Positions 29,001-39,119 are shown, counted from the whole stretch's first letter. The stretch is 63,369 bases of DNA, filler included, from Theionarchaea archaeon (GCA_018992565.1; 4 parts of 4 records of this genome joined end to end with filler, not necessarily neighbours in it); one strand, 5' to 3'. A program made the numbers and translations. The notes: generated by a model from the letters alone, not told the origin.

Positions 29001-31879
29001 TGAAAGTCGAGCTCTCAGGAAAGTACACCACTTTGACAGACTGCAGAGGATACTACACCATGCTCAATGTGCCTACTGGAACCCACACAGGAACTGCATA
29101 CAAGGCAGGTTACCAGATGCGCAAGTATCATGACCAGAATGCCAGTATCGGCGTTGGATGGTCGTGGTTTGGCGGTGTTCCAGTACGAGCAGACTGGGCT
29201 GCAGTTGCTGCAGTACTACCCCCCATAGTGCCTACCCCACCAGCAGGAAATTTCCCCCTGCAGGTAATGACCAGTACGCCCACCACAGGATGGATCAGCG
29301 GGTACCTCACACTGGAGCTCACTGATGGATTCTGCGATGTCAACGTCAGAGTCAATCCAAGTGGTCAACAGGTAGTAACAGACAGTGAAGGGTACTACAT
29401 TATACTGAATGTACAGCCCTGGGATCAGTACTATCTGCACATGGAGATTACCAACTACGAAGTGGAAACACAGGGGCCAATTGCAGTCAGTGCAGGAATA
29501 GAGAGCAAGGTCAATACCTCTCACCTGAGACGGTATTCCTGCAAGGTATCTGGATACATCAGAGAAGGCTCTACACCGGTTGCTGGTGTACAGGTCAAGC
29601 TGTCAGACATGCAGAGAACACAGCTAGAATCATCTCTGTATGGTAGACACCTGGGATACTACATAACCACCACGGATGGAGCAGGATACTACGAATTCAA
29701 TGATGTGCCCTGGTCAGATGCACAAGTATCTGATCTCAATAAGACCTGGGCATGGAGCGTAGTAGCGCAGAAGACAGACTACTATGTTGGCGTCCTCAAT
29801 GTCGTTGTGGTCTATCCAGACTGTAACGTAACCAATGCCAACATGGATCTGATATCCATGAATGGTGGTATCTCTGGTACTGTGACCTGGGACCCAAGCT
29901 GTGCCACTGAAGCAACAGTCACCGTAGCACAGGTTCTGGGCGGATCNNNNNNNNNNNNNNNNNNNNNNNNNNNNNNNNNNNNNNNNNNNNNNNNNNNNNN
30001 NNNNNNNNNNNNNNNNNNNNNNNNNNNNNNNNNNNNNNNNNNNNNNTCACTGGTAGCACCCAGTAGCGGAGCATCAGGTACAAGCTGTACACCCACCCTG
30101 GACTGGAACGACTCCACAGGTGCAACTGCTTATACAGTGCAGCTCTCCGTATCCTCTGGTTTCAGTTCCACAGTGGTCAACCAAACAGTCAGTTCATCGC
30201 AGTACACAGTCCCTGCAACAACTCTGACCAGCTATACCACGTACTACTGGCGGGTCAATGCAAGCAACGTCAATGGTACTAGTGGATGGTCCACTGTATG
30301 GCACTTCACCACTGGTGATTGTGGTGGAGCAACAGTACCCAACGCACCTACGCTGGTCGCACCCAGTAATGGTGCCACTGATGTGAGTTGTACACCCACC
30401 CTGGACTGGAACGACTCTGGAGGAGCTACTTCATACACCGTACAGATCTCCACCAGCAGTGCCTTTGGATCTACACTGGTCAATGAGACAGTATCAGTAT
30501 CGACATACACAGTGCCTAATGGAACACTGTCAGGCCAGACTACGTACTACTGGCGGGTCAACGCATCTAACTCAGCAGGTACCAGCAGCTGGTCGTCTGT
30601 GTGGAACTTCACCACAGGTGACTGCGGCTATGTCTGCCCGGGTAACGTATGCGGTCACACTGATCCTGCAGAATGTACTGTACGAGCATACCTGGCAGGA
30701 CACTTGAAAGACTCTGCAGCACCGTACTTCTATGAGACTATATCAGACACCAATGGCAACTTCTACTTCAACCTGCCCACCACGTCGTGGGATCCCCTGT
30801 ATGAACAGGAAAGAGAACCTTCCCTGTACAACATCGTGGTCTCTAAGGATGGGTATGTTGTTCAGTTCAAGACAGTAGAAGTGAGCAGTCTTACTGTCAC
30901 CTGGTATGACACTGCAGGTGGTGTATCAGATGGCAACTTCACTCTGGGATCCACAGGAACTGATATCTCAGGGACAGTTACTGATGGAAGCTCTGGAATT
31001 CAGAGTGTTGCAGTAAGAGCCTATGACACTGACTACAAAGGAAGTCTTGTAAAAGTAGGTTCGGCGACAACTGATGCTTCAGGTGACTATGCGTTGAACT
31101 CACTGCCCACAGGCAGAACGTACGTCGTCAGTGCAAGCAAGGCAAACTATACCATCAAGAGCAACAATGTAAGTGCAACCACGAGTTCCAACAACTACAC
31201 GCTGCAGCAGGCGGATGGATCTTCAGTGATTACCTACACTATCAAACTAAGATACAATCCGGCAGACACACTGTATGACCAAGGGTGGAATATGGTGTCC
31301 ATACCACTGAATGTGGACGCTAACACGCCGCTGGCAGTCCTCATGTATGAACATGATGAGAAGTGGATGCAGATGACCAGACTGAGACCTGGAACTGGAT
31401 TCACGCCGCCTGGACACGCTTCAGGTGGAGCCTGGCAGATCTACCCCAACTCGCCCTTTGCATCAGGTACCGACAACGTGTTCACGCTGCACGAGACCGC
31501 CTACAACAGTCAACCCTACAGATACGGGTACTGGATCAAGGTAGCAGGCAATTCCGCAGAGATAACGTACGACTGGGTTGTCATTGGCACTCCCAATACT
31601 CAGAAAACAATCCAGCTGAGAGCTGGATGGAACCTTATCGGGCTAGCAACGCAAACCAACAATCAGACATTCAACAACGGAGGACAGATAACGTTCAGTC
31701 CCACTGCGCTGCTCCAGGTGTGGTCATTCGACGCATACGGAGCAGGTGATACCCAACTAGGGACGCACTGGTACGCCTATGTCGTCTCAGGATACCAGTC
31801 ATCTGGGTTTACAGTGATGAAAATTGGACTGGCGTATTATGTGTACGTCTCACAAGACTGTACCATGTCCTACGCTTAG
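26015..31879 (+). CDS. Giant secreted/cell-surface protein with carboxypeptidase-regulatory-like repeats and FN3-like repeats (internal gap)
   Basis: Signal peptide; repeated G.I.G.V...TDxxGxY..xxLxxGxY modules; TYYWRVNASN FN3-like repeats; C-terminal GWNMVSIP/GYWIKV/GWNLIG domain; AGGAGGT SD. Confidence 0.8.
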   Translation: MENKPAKRGLSLFICIILIGSLVILSPREANAQPYALAGLIYADVNMNSIYDPANGDYIISGEQWTDADGNDRFDWIDANGNGLMEAGEASEVFVDDGLDGAGGTQDLGEGDAVFEGPEVWLDQPNAPTSPTCTANETGGYAGALPAAVAAGWTHNLSNYMIRNLQPGYHYVTVRCPGFYTQTKNVHVLGNVPVNFGLVPFDSVTGRIVKTDGTGICGMWVTATAQSAPYSNQTPAFNINTLSDAVGNYVLQGLPPGQYRIDVTKAEYIPQQKLNVTVDGQTYPNTPFMVNAHTKTGIDFINMSYNYGSITGIVAGPPSVVVEVPGLGLSTTADASGRYTISNIPAGWYYVVFRAEGWYTGVEYVCVAPGPAATNVRGGVPYVMSSCPSCPTTTIEGSITDGIQAIENAIAEVPGMGWIFQGVNSAANRNVITDKAGYYIYTDIGPGNPSLSYATWGGFRYQFTPTTGRFFVTVRNEAGVVFDEWDDHHKSTARAVEVVAGRVTRADFKMEENPDYKFGRVVDTNGIGVEGAKVYIPNSPYTTVTDSNGYFFLQLPAETYSEDCNMTWQPRIRPGRRAEETVLCGFRDVFQRLIAAPLPVPEASNPHRMYKARYLIKAEKTNYFDAMFVHISSPGPKGVSRPPLNDQDTPHAPVDDCDQCMNGIVMTFKAGILKGQIKDATGGYLNDGFVFVCGRDIPIGANGWFESLEVPVGTYTAVITDATKLQVLGVIEGIQVKYDQITYKNVTLPATPPGKFISGFVYHNTIRTTVGSDAPVDGTGAWQGYIIPDQNLYSPGTTFQPGEGISGVAVKTTFGGITAYTDSYGFYIIKNVILPSGVSTTTILATKGDHVTLANPSVGPSDGLNFVSGFAGDAGATVFPMSKRRGTLNGRVVNDDGRDVSGAVVSVWIPWERKDETDTNGFYIFENLEIGSYLMKICGGGECGIDYWVTYSVNVFNQGEPVTLNSIVTKDFTYKKRTGRVHGFVTDTGGSVLEDVKVELSGKYTTLTDCRGYYTMLNVPTGTHTGTAYKAGYQMRKYHDQNASIGVGWSWFGGVPVRADWAAVAAVLPPIVPTPPAGNFPLQVMTSTPTTGWISGYLTLELTDGFCDVNVRVNPSGQQVVTDSEGYYIILNVQPWDQYYLHMEITNYEVETQGPIAVSAGIESKVNTSHLRRYSCKVSGYIREGSTPVAGVQVKLSDMQRTQLESSLYGRHLGYYITTTDGAGYYEFNDVPWSDAQVSDLNKTWAWSVVAQKTDYYVGVLNVVVVYPDCNVTNANMDLISMNGGISGTVTWDPSCATEATVTVAQVLGGXXXXXXXXXXXXXXXXXXXXXXXXXXXXXXXXXXSLVAPSSGASGTSCTPTLDWNDSTGATAYTVQLSVSSGFSSTVVNQTVSSSQYTVPATTLTSYTTYYWRVNASNVNGTSGWSTVWHFTTGDCGGATVPNAPTLVAPSNGATDVSCTPTLDWNDSGGATSYTVQISTSSAFGSTLVNETVSVSTYTVPNGTLSGQTTYYWRVNASNSAGTSSWSSVWNFTTGDCGYVCPGNVCGHTDPAECTVRAYLAGHLKDSAAPYFYETISDTNGNFYFNLPTTSWDPLYEQEREPSLYNIVVSKDGYVVQFKTVEVSSLTVTWYDTAGGVSDGNFTLGSTGTDISGTVTDGSSGIQSVAVRAYDTDYKGSLVKVGSATTDASGDYALNSLPTGRTYVVSASKANYTIKSNNVSATTSSNNYTLQQADGSSVITYTIKLRYNPADTLYDQGWNMVSIPLNVDANTPLAVLMYEHDEKWMQMTRLRPGTGFTPPGHASGGAWQIYPNSPFASGTDNVFTLHETAYNSQPYRYGYWIKVAGNSAEITYDWVVIGTPNTQKTIQLRAGWNLIGLATQTNNQTFNNGGQITFSPTALLQVWSFDAYGAGDTQLGTHWYAYVVSGYQSSGFTVMKIGLAYYVYVSQDCTMSYA
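30047..30627 (+). repeat. Two tandem ~100-aa FN3-like coding repeats
   Basis: LVAPSxGA..xSCTPTLDWNDS.GAT.YTVQ...TYYWRVNASN..GTS.WS.VW.FTTGDCG occurs twice, diverged at DNA level. Confidence 0.85.
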
Positions 31880-31935
31880 GTTGTGCCTCAAAGCGCAACC
31901 TTTATATTTTTCTCATCCAAAGGAAAGTGATCAAA

Positions 31936-33036
31936 ATGAAAAAACTGATGGTATTGGCACTGGTGATGGTAGTAGTCGGAGTAGGAGTGATGCTGAACGT
32001 GGAAGCAGTGCCTACTGTACCCCCTATNNNNNNNNNNNNNNNNNNNNNNNNNNNNNNNNNNNNNNNNNNNNNNNNNNNNNNNNNNNNNNNNNNNNNNNNN
32101 NNNNNNNNNNNNNNNNNNNNNNNNNNNCAACCCATGACCTTTGGATGGAGGGCAGAGTCTGGCACGTCTTCCCTCGTGGTAAGGGCTCAAGCTACAGGTG
32201 ACAATAATCACAAGAATGACAGCGTAAGCCAGAAGATTACTCTTGGCGAGACAACGAGCCAAGCTGATTCGCTGTTCAATCAAGGATTGAGTCTGTTTGC
32301 ACAGGGTAAATATGCTCAGGCGCAGAGCCTGTTCTCCAATGCTACTATCCGCTACACGGAAGCAGGGAACGGTGAAGGAGCAATGCAGGCCTCCCAGTAC
32401 GAAGAGCTGTGCAGCTCATACGTGTATGCACAGGAATTGATGAACCAGGGAGACACAGCATCCAATGCGGGTAGTTTTGAGACTGCTGCCCAGTACTACA
32501 CTCAGGCCAGAGACAAGTACGGGGAGATCGGCGATACACAGATGCAGAGCGCAGCTCAGGAGAAGCTGGATAATGCTCTTGCTTCCACAGGATTCTCCAT
32601 CGACATGAAGTACGTAGGGATCTCAGTGGCAGCTGTAGCAGCAATCGCTCTGGTGACTCTGTTGATCTCAAGAAGAAGAGGTCGTCCTATGCGCCCTGTT
32701 GAACCATCTACGTCTCGATTCCGTCTGGAAGAGCCTGAGGAGGCCCCATCCCCGCCCCCATCCATTAGCAGGCCAGTGAGTACTTCCGCAAGAGAAGCTG
32801 CACCTGCCCGTGACATGTCACCCGCAGAACTAGTGCAATTCCATCAGAAGACTGAGGATGCCTTGAGCAGGTTCTCCAAGTCATACATACGCAGCAACCT
32901 TCAGCAAGCCATGCGGGTCTATCTCTCACTGGAAGGAGAGAAAAAGCAGCTTCCAAGAGGAAGAGATCTGGAACTGGAGAGAATCATCAATGCCAATCTC
33001 AAAGAGCTAGAACACAGAATATTCGGAACTTTCTAA
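31936..33036 (+). CDS. Secreted/membrane-anchored protein with TPR-like helices (gap; halves may be separate genes)
   Basis: Signal peptide MKKLMVLALV; after the gap a CARDB-like end, ADSLFNQG...Y TPR-like repeats, TM helix plus RRRGR, Pro-rich tail. Confidence 0.6.
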   Translation: MKKLMVLALVMVVVGVGVMLNVEAVPTVPPXXXXXXXXXXXXXXXXXXXXXXXXXXXXXXXXXXQPMTFGWRAESGTSSLVVRAQATGDNNHKNDSVSQKITLGETTSQADSLFNQGLSLFAQGKYAQAQSLFSNATIRYTEAGNGEGAMQASQYEELCSSYVYAQELMNQGDTASNAGSFETAAQYYTQARDKYGEIGDTQMQSAAQEKLDNALASTGFSIDMKYVGISVAAVAAIALVTLLISRRRGRPMRPVEPSTSRFRLEEPEEAPSPPPSISRPVSTSAREAAPARDMSPAELVQFHQKTEDALSRFSKSYIRSNLQQAMRVYLSLEGEKKQLPRGRDLELERIINANLKELEHRIFGTF

Positions 33037-33161
33037 TTCCTATCTTCTAATTTTTTGTCATTTTTTACCCATTTTTTCCTTCTGGCAATCGAATTTGCAG
33101 CTTCCACTTTCTGTCACCGTCTGCATGACCAGTCAGAACACCAACCCACTGGTCTGATTTC

Positions 33162-33479
33162 TCACTCAGATTTCTCACATGCTTCCGCAATAATCTCTTT
33201 CAACTGCATATACTTTCTCAACAGGGTGTCACCTTCTTCAGTCAATACAGTGCTACCTCCTGATTTCCCTCCCCTTTTTCCCTCCACGATCTTCTTTCCA
33301 GTGTTTTTCTCAATCTCCCTGATTTTTCTCCATGCATGAGCATACGAAATGTCAAGGTGACGGGCTGCATCAGAAAGAGATCCTCTCTCTTTTATGGCCA
33401 GCAAAAGCTGGGCTGTTCCTTCTCCCAGGATGAACTTCCCCTGCTGGGACTCAAGCCAGATCTTAAAACATGGTCGCAT
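33162..33479 (-). CDS. ModE N-terminal-type HTH regulator
   Basis: LLAIKERGSLSDAARHLDISYAHAW...KRGGKSGGSTVLT. Confidence 0.9.
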   Translation of the reverse strand: MRPCFKIWLESQQGKFILGEGTAQLLLAIKERGSLSDAARHLDISYAHAWRKIREIEKNTGKKIVEGKRGGKSGGSTVLTEEGDTLLRKYMQLKEIIAEACEKSE

Positions 33480-33483
33480 GGGT

Positions 33484-34503
33484 TCACATCCATATGCCCA
33501 GTACAGCCACGGAGTTATTTATGATGTGAAATAGAATGGAAGGATACAAAGACTGGGTCTTCTCATACACAAGAGCAAGTATTGCTCCTGACACTACTGC
33601 ATAGGGAATCTGCCAGGGAATCATATGATATGCACCAAAAAACAAGGCGGAAACCAGGATACCTCTTGTCACCCCATACTTCTTTCGAAGTGCGGAATAG
33701 GCAAATCCTCTGAAAAAGACTTCCTCACCTACTGGTCCCAGGATTGCCAGATTGAGGCTCATGAATGTGGGATTCTTGGTCACCATGTTCTCCACAAGCT
33801 CATTCAGAGCAAATTCACCAAGAACTCGTTCTGTCATGCGGTATATCAATTCGTTCCCTCCCACCAGGATCACCAGGAGAGGAACAGTCTTCACCACCCA
33901 CATCATGTGGGGGGATTTAAAGCCCAGGGCCTTCACCGTTCTTTCATAAGGGTACAGGACCAGAATCACCGGGAGCACAATGAAAAGAGCAGAACCTGCT
34001 ATTGAAGAGACTGTGTCAGAAACAAGGGCCAGAGGAGTTGACAATACAAAAAAGGCCATGGCGACCACCAAAACTGGTGTTCCCCCCCAATTCACTTCCC
34101 CTGTAAGGACAGGATTGAGTGGTTTCATCTCAATGAACAACCTGATCCCCAGTACGATAAAAGCAGAAAAGCAGGCCACTGCAGCCAGGAGGACGCCCAG
34201 GCCAGTCAATATGGCTCCCGCAAAGAAGATAGCAGCCCAGACAGGGAGTAGTGAGTCTCCCAGCCCCACTATGCCCACTAATGCTGTGATCCACGACACC
34301 CCGAGAATAACCACCGCACATACAGACACAATGAATACTTTTTCTGCAGTACTGTGAACTTTGAGTCTGTCTGCAATCTGCCTGCATCTGGCAACAGCGA
34401 CGAGAATTGCCACGCCGTCCAGTAAGAAGAGCATCAGTCCTGCAGCGAGAATAAGAGTGCGGTGAGCTCCTGCCCACTCTGAGAGCGCTGCAATCAAATC
34501 CAT
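33484..34503 (-). CDS. CPBP (Abi/CAAX) intramembrane protease
   Basis: EEVFFRG, FFGAYH, HIINN motifs. Confidence 0.9.
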   Translation of the reverse strand: MDLIAALSEWAGAHRTLILAAGLMLFLLDGVAILVAVARCRQIADRLKVHSTAEKVFIVSVCAVVILGVSWITALVGIVGLGDSLLPVWAAIFFAGAILTGLGVLLAAVACFSAFIVLGIRLFIEMKPLNPVLTGEVNWGGTPVLVVAMAFFVLSTPLALVSDTVSSIAGSALFIVLPVILVLYPYERTVKALGFKSPHMMWVVKTVPLLVILVGGNELIYRMTERVLGEFALNELVENMVTKNPTFMSLNLAILGPVGEEVFFRGFAYSALRKKYGVTRGILVSALFFGAYHMIPWQIPYAVVSGAILALVYEKTQSLYPSILFHIINNSVAVLGIWM

Positions 34504-34616
34504 CCCTATCTCTTCCTGCTGGAGAGAAACCAATTCCACTATCCAGTGCATTACTCCACATTGCCGTGGCTTGTTAAAAAGGTTCTTACCGCCACCATAC
34601 AATCTTCCACAGTAAT

Positions 34617-35858
34617 TCAGGCGCGTGAACCGTACGTAGCTTTTTCTCCCAGTGACTCTTCAATTCTGAGAAGTTCATTATATTTCGCTGTGCGTTCTCC
34701 TCGAGCGGGTGCACCCGCTTTTATCCACCCGCAGTTAAGAGCTACTGCCAGATGAGATATGAAGGTGTCTTCCGTCTCTCCGGACCTGTGGGACACTATC
34801 ACACGATATCCATTGTCAAAAGCCAGGCTTGCTGCATCACACGCTTCTGAGAGAGTGCCTATTTGATTCACTTTGAGCAGTAAAGCATTGCATAGACCAC
34901 ATTCAATTCCCTTCTTGAGCCTGTGCGGATTGCTCACAAAGAGGTCGTCACCCACCAGCATGATTCTATCTCCCAGGACTGCAGTCACATTCTGAAACCC
35001 CGAGATATCGTCTTCAAAGAGCGCATCCTCAATAGAAGCGATTGGGTATGCAGCCACCAGCTGTGAATACACCTCTATGAGCTTGTCTGTTGTCATGGAT
35101 TCCCCATCAAGAGTATAGACATTCCGTACAGGATCATAAAAATAGGAGGGAGCACAATCTAAAGCTAATTTTACTTCTTTTTCATATCCCAGCCTTTGCA
35201 CTGCCTGCATGATAGCATCAAGCGGCTCACGGACTCTTTCCATGCGTGGGGAGAATCCCCCTTCATCACCCAGTGATTGTTTTCCTCCCAGAATCGTTTC
35301 CAGCTCGTGGTAGACTTCTGAGCCCATTCTCAGAGCCTCTGTAAAAGATGAAGCCCCCACAGGAGCGATCATGAACTCCTGGAAATCCAGATCGTTGGGA
35401 GCATGAGCTCCCCCATTAATGACATTGAACATGGGTACGGGGAGGGTAGTCCCCTGTGGATTCAGGTAGCTGAACAGAGGAACCTGCAGGCAGTGGGCAG
35501 CACATCGTGCTGCAGCCAGAGAGACAGCCAGGATAGCATTTGCCCCGAGATTGGATTTGTTGTCTGTCCCATCGAGTTCTATCATGAATTCATCGATTTC
35601 TCTCTGGTTTTCCACATCCTTTCCCACCAAAAGGACCGCTATCTTTTCATTCACATTTTTGACCGCTTTTTTCACCCCTTTTCCCTGATAATACTTCTTA
35701 TTATTGTCTCTCAGTTCGCATGCTTCATGAGCACCCGTTGACGCACCAGAGGGAACTGCTGCTCGCCCCCACTCTTTCTCTGTATATACCTCTGCTTCCA
35801 CCGTGGGGTTTCCTCTACTGTCCACAATCTGACGGGCAATAACCTTTCTTATTTTCAT
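34617..35858 (-). CDS. eno: Enolase
   Basis: DSRGNPTVE, VPSGASTG, GDEGGF, VGDDL, LLKVNQIG, SHRSGETED. Confidence 0.98.
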   Translation of the reverse strand: MKIRKVIARQIVDSRGNPTVEAEVYTEKEWGRAAVPSGASTGAHEACELRDNNKKYYQGKGVKKAVKNVNEKIAVLLVGKDVENQREIDEFMIELDGTDNKSNLGANAILAVSLAAARCAAHCLQVPLFSYLNPQGTTLPVPMFNVINGGAHAPNDLDFQEFMIAPVGASSFTEALRMGSEVYHELETILGGKQSLGDEGGFSPRMERVREPLDAIMQAVQRLGYEKEVKLALDCAPSYFYDPVRNVYTLDGESMTTDKLIEVYSQLVAAYPIASIEDALFEDDISGFQNVTAVLGDRIMLVGDDLFVSNPHRLKKGIECGLCNALLLKVNQIGTLSEACDAASLAFDNGYRVIVSHRSGETEDTFISHLAVALNCGWIKAGAPARGERTAKYNELLRIEESLGEKATYGSRA

Positions 35859-35865
35859 TTTTGTG

Positions 35866-36366
35866 TCACATCCTCATTCTTTCTACTGAGTAATAAGTGA
35901 TATCACCCTCTTCGTCAATAAAAGCAAACACCATCAGTTTATTCACGGAATGTGCAAGCCGACAGTGTTTGACAATATCGTATGTCTGGAATTCTCTCTT
36001 CTCAGGAATAACATGGACCAGGTATTCGGCGTGCGCTTCAGGTCCCCTCCGGTATACCCTGAAGTGGCACCCATACTTGAACCCTGTCTTCACAATGAGA
36101 CCTCTGTCCCGCAGGTCTTTGTAGACGAAAAAGCGGATATCGAATTCTGCCTCCGACCTTGCTATTTCCAGCAATTGGGAAAAATCCAGCAGCTCTCCTT
36201 CAAGTTCCACCTCGATTTTACCTTTTTCCAGAAGATACAATGCTTCCAGAAAGTTGAGATAGAGCTTCTTTTCCTTGATTTTTCCATAGAATCCCTTACT
36301 GTGCAGTTTTGACACTTCCGGCTCACTTTCAAAAACCACCTGAGATTCCATGAGTTTGCCCTTCAT
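35866..36366 (-). CDS. endA: tRNA-intron endonuclease (single-unit type)
   Basis: LEALYL, VYKDLRDRG, KTGFKYGCHFRVY, HAEYLV, RLAHSVNK. Confidence 0.93.
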   Translation of the reverse strand: MKGKLMESQVVFESEPEVSKLHSKGFYGKIKEKKLYLNFLEALYLLEKGKIEVELEGELLDFSQLLEIARSEAEFDIRFFVYKDLRDRGLIVKTGFKYGCHFRVYRRGPEAHAEYLVHVIPEKREFQTYDIVKHCRLAHSVNKLMVFAFIDEEGDITYYSVERMRM

Positions 36367-36488
36367 GACCCCACCTGAACAGAGGGCGTTCCCATAGCCA
36401 GCAAGAGAAAGACTCCGCATGCAGTCCGGGCACAGGCAGATGCTCTTGTCCTGTGGAGAACAGGCTTCCCATATTGAGTATTCATACC

Positions 36489-37148
36489 CTACCTCTTCTT
36501 CACTGCAATTACATAGAAATCCCTGAGTACTCCAGGACTCTTCAAGATCTCGATACCATTGTAGTCTCTCTGATACACTGAGAACTTGTATTTCTTTGGG
36601 GATTCTCCCTTTTCAGTGAGAAGGGATCCCATTTTGAGAATGAGGTCCTGGGCGACTTTCTGCAGCCGTTCCTCGCTTTTCCTGTATTCCTTTTGGTGTG
36701 AGGAGTAGAACAGCTTCATTCTGTCCTTGACAAAAGCACGAATCGCTACCACACACCACGCCACAGCTATGATAGCATAGAGAATGTATGGAAGTTGATG
36801 CGGTGAGATGAAAGGCATCCTGGCACTCATGAAAGCGACAAGAAGTATAACTGCTACAATGAGGAATGCCTGCTTCACGAGATACCTCATGAAAGCAAAG
36901 ATATTGATGTACAACTTCATTCTAGGTTCACTGCTGTACGGCAAATCAGTAATAGCCTTCATATCGCTATACACTTGAGACCAGTTCTCCATCCGAAGAG
37001 ACTCCCTCAGTTTTCGGGTTCTATCTCTCAATCCCTCCATGTCGACGCCCATGCCAACTCTGTAAGAATCAATTACCGAGATAAGCCATGCAAGAGTCTC
37101 CAGCTCCTCATCCATCCTGAGAACCTTTCGCTTTAATTCGCTTAACAT
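36489..37148 (-). CDS. Hypothetical two-TM membrane protein
   Basis: Long ORF co-oriented with endA/eno; two hydrophobic segments; AGGAG SD before ATG 37148. Confidence 0.7.
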   Translation of the reverse strand: MLSELKRKVLRMDEELETLAWLISVIDSYRVGMGVDMEGLRDRTRKLRESLRMENWSQVYSDMKAITDLPYSSEPRMKLYINIFAFMRYLVKQAFLIVAVILLVAFMSARMPFISPHQLPYILYAIIAVAWCVVAIRAFVKDRMKLFYSSHQKEYRKSEERLQKVAQDLILKMGSLLTEKGESPKKYKFSVYQRDYNGIEILKSPGVLRDFYVIAVKKR

Positions 37149-37410
37149 CCCGCTCCTCTCCTTCCTTTCCTTTATATATCTTTCTGAAATCGCGGGACAG
37201 ACAGTAGCATTAGGGTCACCTACAACCACCTCGGTCGTTAAAGCCCAGAAATAATCACTCTCTTGAAAATATCAAACAAAACGAAGGATGTACATCCCCT
37301 GCATTGCCTTAGAAAAGCGTATTAAAACCGAAAGTTTTATATACTTATTTTGGACACTAGATATGTCGAACGTAATCTCGACAATACACAAAAAAAAGGA
37401 GGAAAAAAAT

Positions 37411-38994
37411 ATGGCGAAAGAGGAACCTATAGTATTCACAAGGAGAGCGTCAGGACTTGTCAGAGAAATCGGACTTTTCACTGCTATCGCAATTCCGTTG
37501 ACTCACACCATTGGTGGAGGTATCAACAAACTGCTCATTCTCGCGAGCTATGAACACCCAGGTGCCAATGTTCCCTTAGCATTCATTCTGGCTGGTATTC
37601 CTGTGATGGCCACAGCCATATCGTACACGATGCTGGCTGTGAGCATGCCCAGAACTGGTGGTGACTATATCTACATATCTCGAGGATTGAACCCTGTTCT
37701 TGGTTTCCTCACTAGTTGGGGATTCTGGTGGACAGAGATCATGTCATTGGGTATCATCGCTATTTATGATGTGGACTTCTGGGGACTCAGCTTCAGAATA
37801 GCCGGTCAAGCTACAGACAGTGCAACACTCATGCACTATGCAGATGTGTTCAAAGGAGAAGGAGCAACCACAGGTCTTTTCATCGGATTTGCCATTGTTA
37901 TTGTATCTGGGTTGGTGACCTACTTCGGTGCTCGCGTATACTCCTGGATCATTAATGTCGGATTGGTCCTAGGAATTATCGGGAGTATCGTCATGGTGAT
38001 CTTCTTCATCTACCGGTCGCCTTCAGCAGCCCCTACTCTGTGGAACGAGACTTATGGAGCCGGTACCTACGAGAAGATCGTGCAACTTGCAGAGGACACG
38101 GGGTGGGCGCCCACGGAATTCAGCTTCGGGGCCACTGCGGGAGCATCTATTGGTGCAGTGTGGGCATACATTGGATTTACAGCTGGTGCCTACATGGGTG
38201 GTGAAGTCAAGAATCCATCCAAGGGCATGGTATGGTCCATCACTGTCAGTGCAGTTCTCATCATACTGTACTACACCTTCGTTGGTGTTATGGTGTACAG
38301 AACCTTTGGCAACTTTATTCCCATGTACACGCACGTCACCTACAATGCTGCAGACGAGTTAGGAGCAATCATGGCCTCATATCCCACTCCGTTACTGCCC
38401 ACCTTTGCTGCGGCCCTGGCGCCTGGACAGCATGCACTGCAGTTCTTGATGGCTGCATCGGGTGCTATATGGCTGTTGAATGACATTCCTGCATTCTTCC
38501 TGGTATGCTCACGACTGGTATTCTCATGGTCCTTTGACAGATTCTTCCCCGAGAAGATTGCCGAAGTCAACGACAGATGGCACAGCCCCCACTACGCTAT
38601 TCTGCTGACCACTATTGGTGGTTTGTTGGGAGTTGCCTTCTACTACGGCAGATCATGGGTAGCCGCTGTGGACACTACCATGTTGTATATATTCGCAGTG
38701 ATGTTTGGCTGTTTAGCAGCTGCAGTGACTCCTTATGTACGGCGTGAGGTCTACGACAGAAGCCCCAAGTGGGAGATCCTTGGACTTCCGGTAATGACAC
38801 TGGCAGGTATCATTGGATTTGGCGGCAACTTCATTCTGGTATTTGTTGCTGGCAAGGGAATTCCAGATGGTGACCTCCTGTTCCTGGCTATCTGGATGAC
38901 TGTGGGTCTGATCATCTTCTTGGCATACTATGCACACAACATCCGCAAAGGAGTCGATGTCAAGACCATCTACGCCGAGATTCCGCCTGCATAG
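37411..38994 (+). CDS. APC-family amino acid permease
   Basis: FTRRASGLVRE, MPRTGGDYIYISR, GGEVKNP, SRLVFSWSFDR, IYAEIPPA. Confidence 0.93.
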   Translation: MAKEEPIVFTRRASGLVREIGLFTAIAIPLTHTIGGGINKLLILASYEHPGANVPLAFILAGIPVMATAISYTMLAVSMPRTGGDYIYISRGLNPVLGFLTSWGFWWTEIMSLGIIAIYDVDFWGLSFRIAGQATDSATLMHYADVFKGEGATTGLFIGFAIVIVSGLVTYFGARVYSWIINVGLVLGIIGSIVMVIFFIYRSPSAAPTLWNETYGAGTYEKIVQLAEDTGWAPTEFSFGATAGASIGAVWAYIGFTAGAYMGGEVKNPSKGMVWSITVSAVLIILYYTFVGVMVYRTFGNFIPMYTHVTYNAADELGAIMASYPTPLLPTFAAALAPGQHALQFLMAASGAIWLLNDIPAFFLVCSRLVFSWSFDRFFPEKIAEVNDRWHSPHYAILLTTIGGLLGVAFYYGRSWVAAVDTTMLYIFAVMFGCLAAAVTPYVRREVYDRSPKWEILGLPVMTLAGIIGFGGNFILVFVAGKGIPDGDLLFLAIWMTVGLIIFLAYYAHNIRKGVDVKTIYAEIPPA

Positions 38995-39022
38995 TCTTTT
39001 TCTTTCTTTTTCTTTCTTTTAT
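38995..39022 (+). terminator. Oligo-T archaeal terminator
   Basis: TCTTTTTCTTTCTTTTTCTTTCTTTTAT immediately after the stop. Confidence 0.6.
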
Positions 39023-39119
39023 TAGTCTTTACAGAACAAATAAAGATCAAAATAGGATTGAAATATCAATGATCCAAAATAAGATTCATCTCCCTTCTAT
39101 AATACAACCTTGTAACGTT

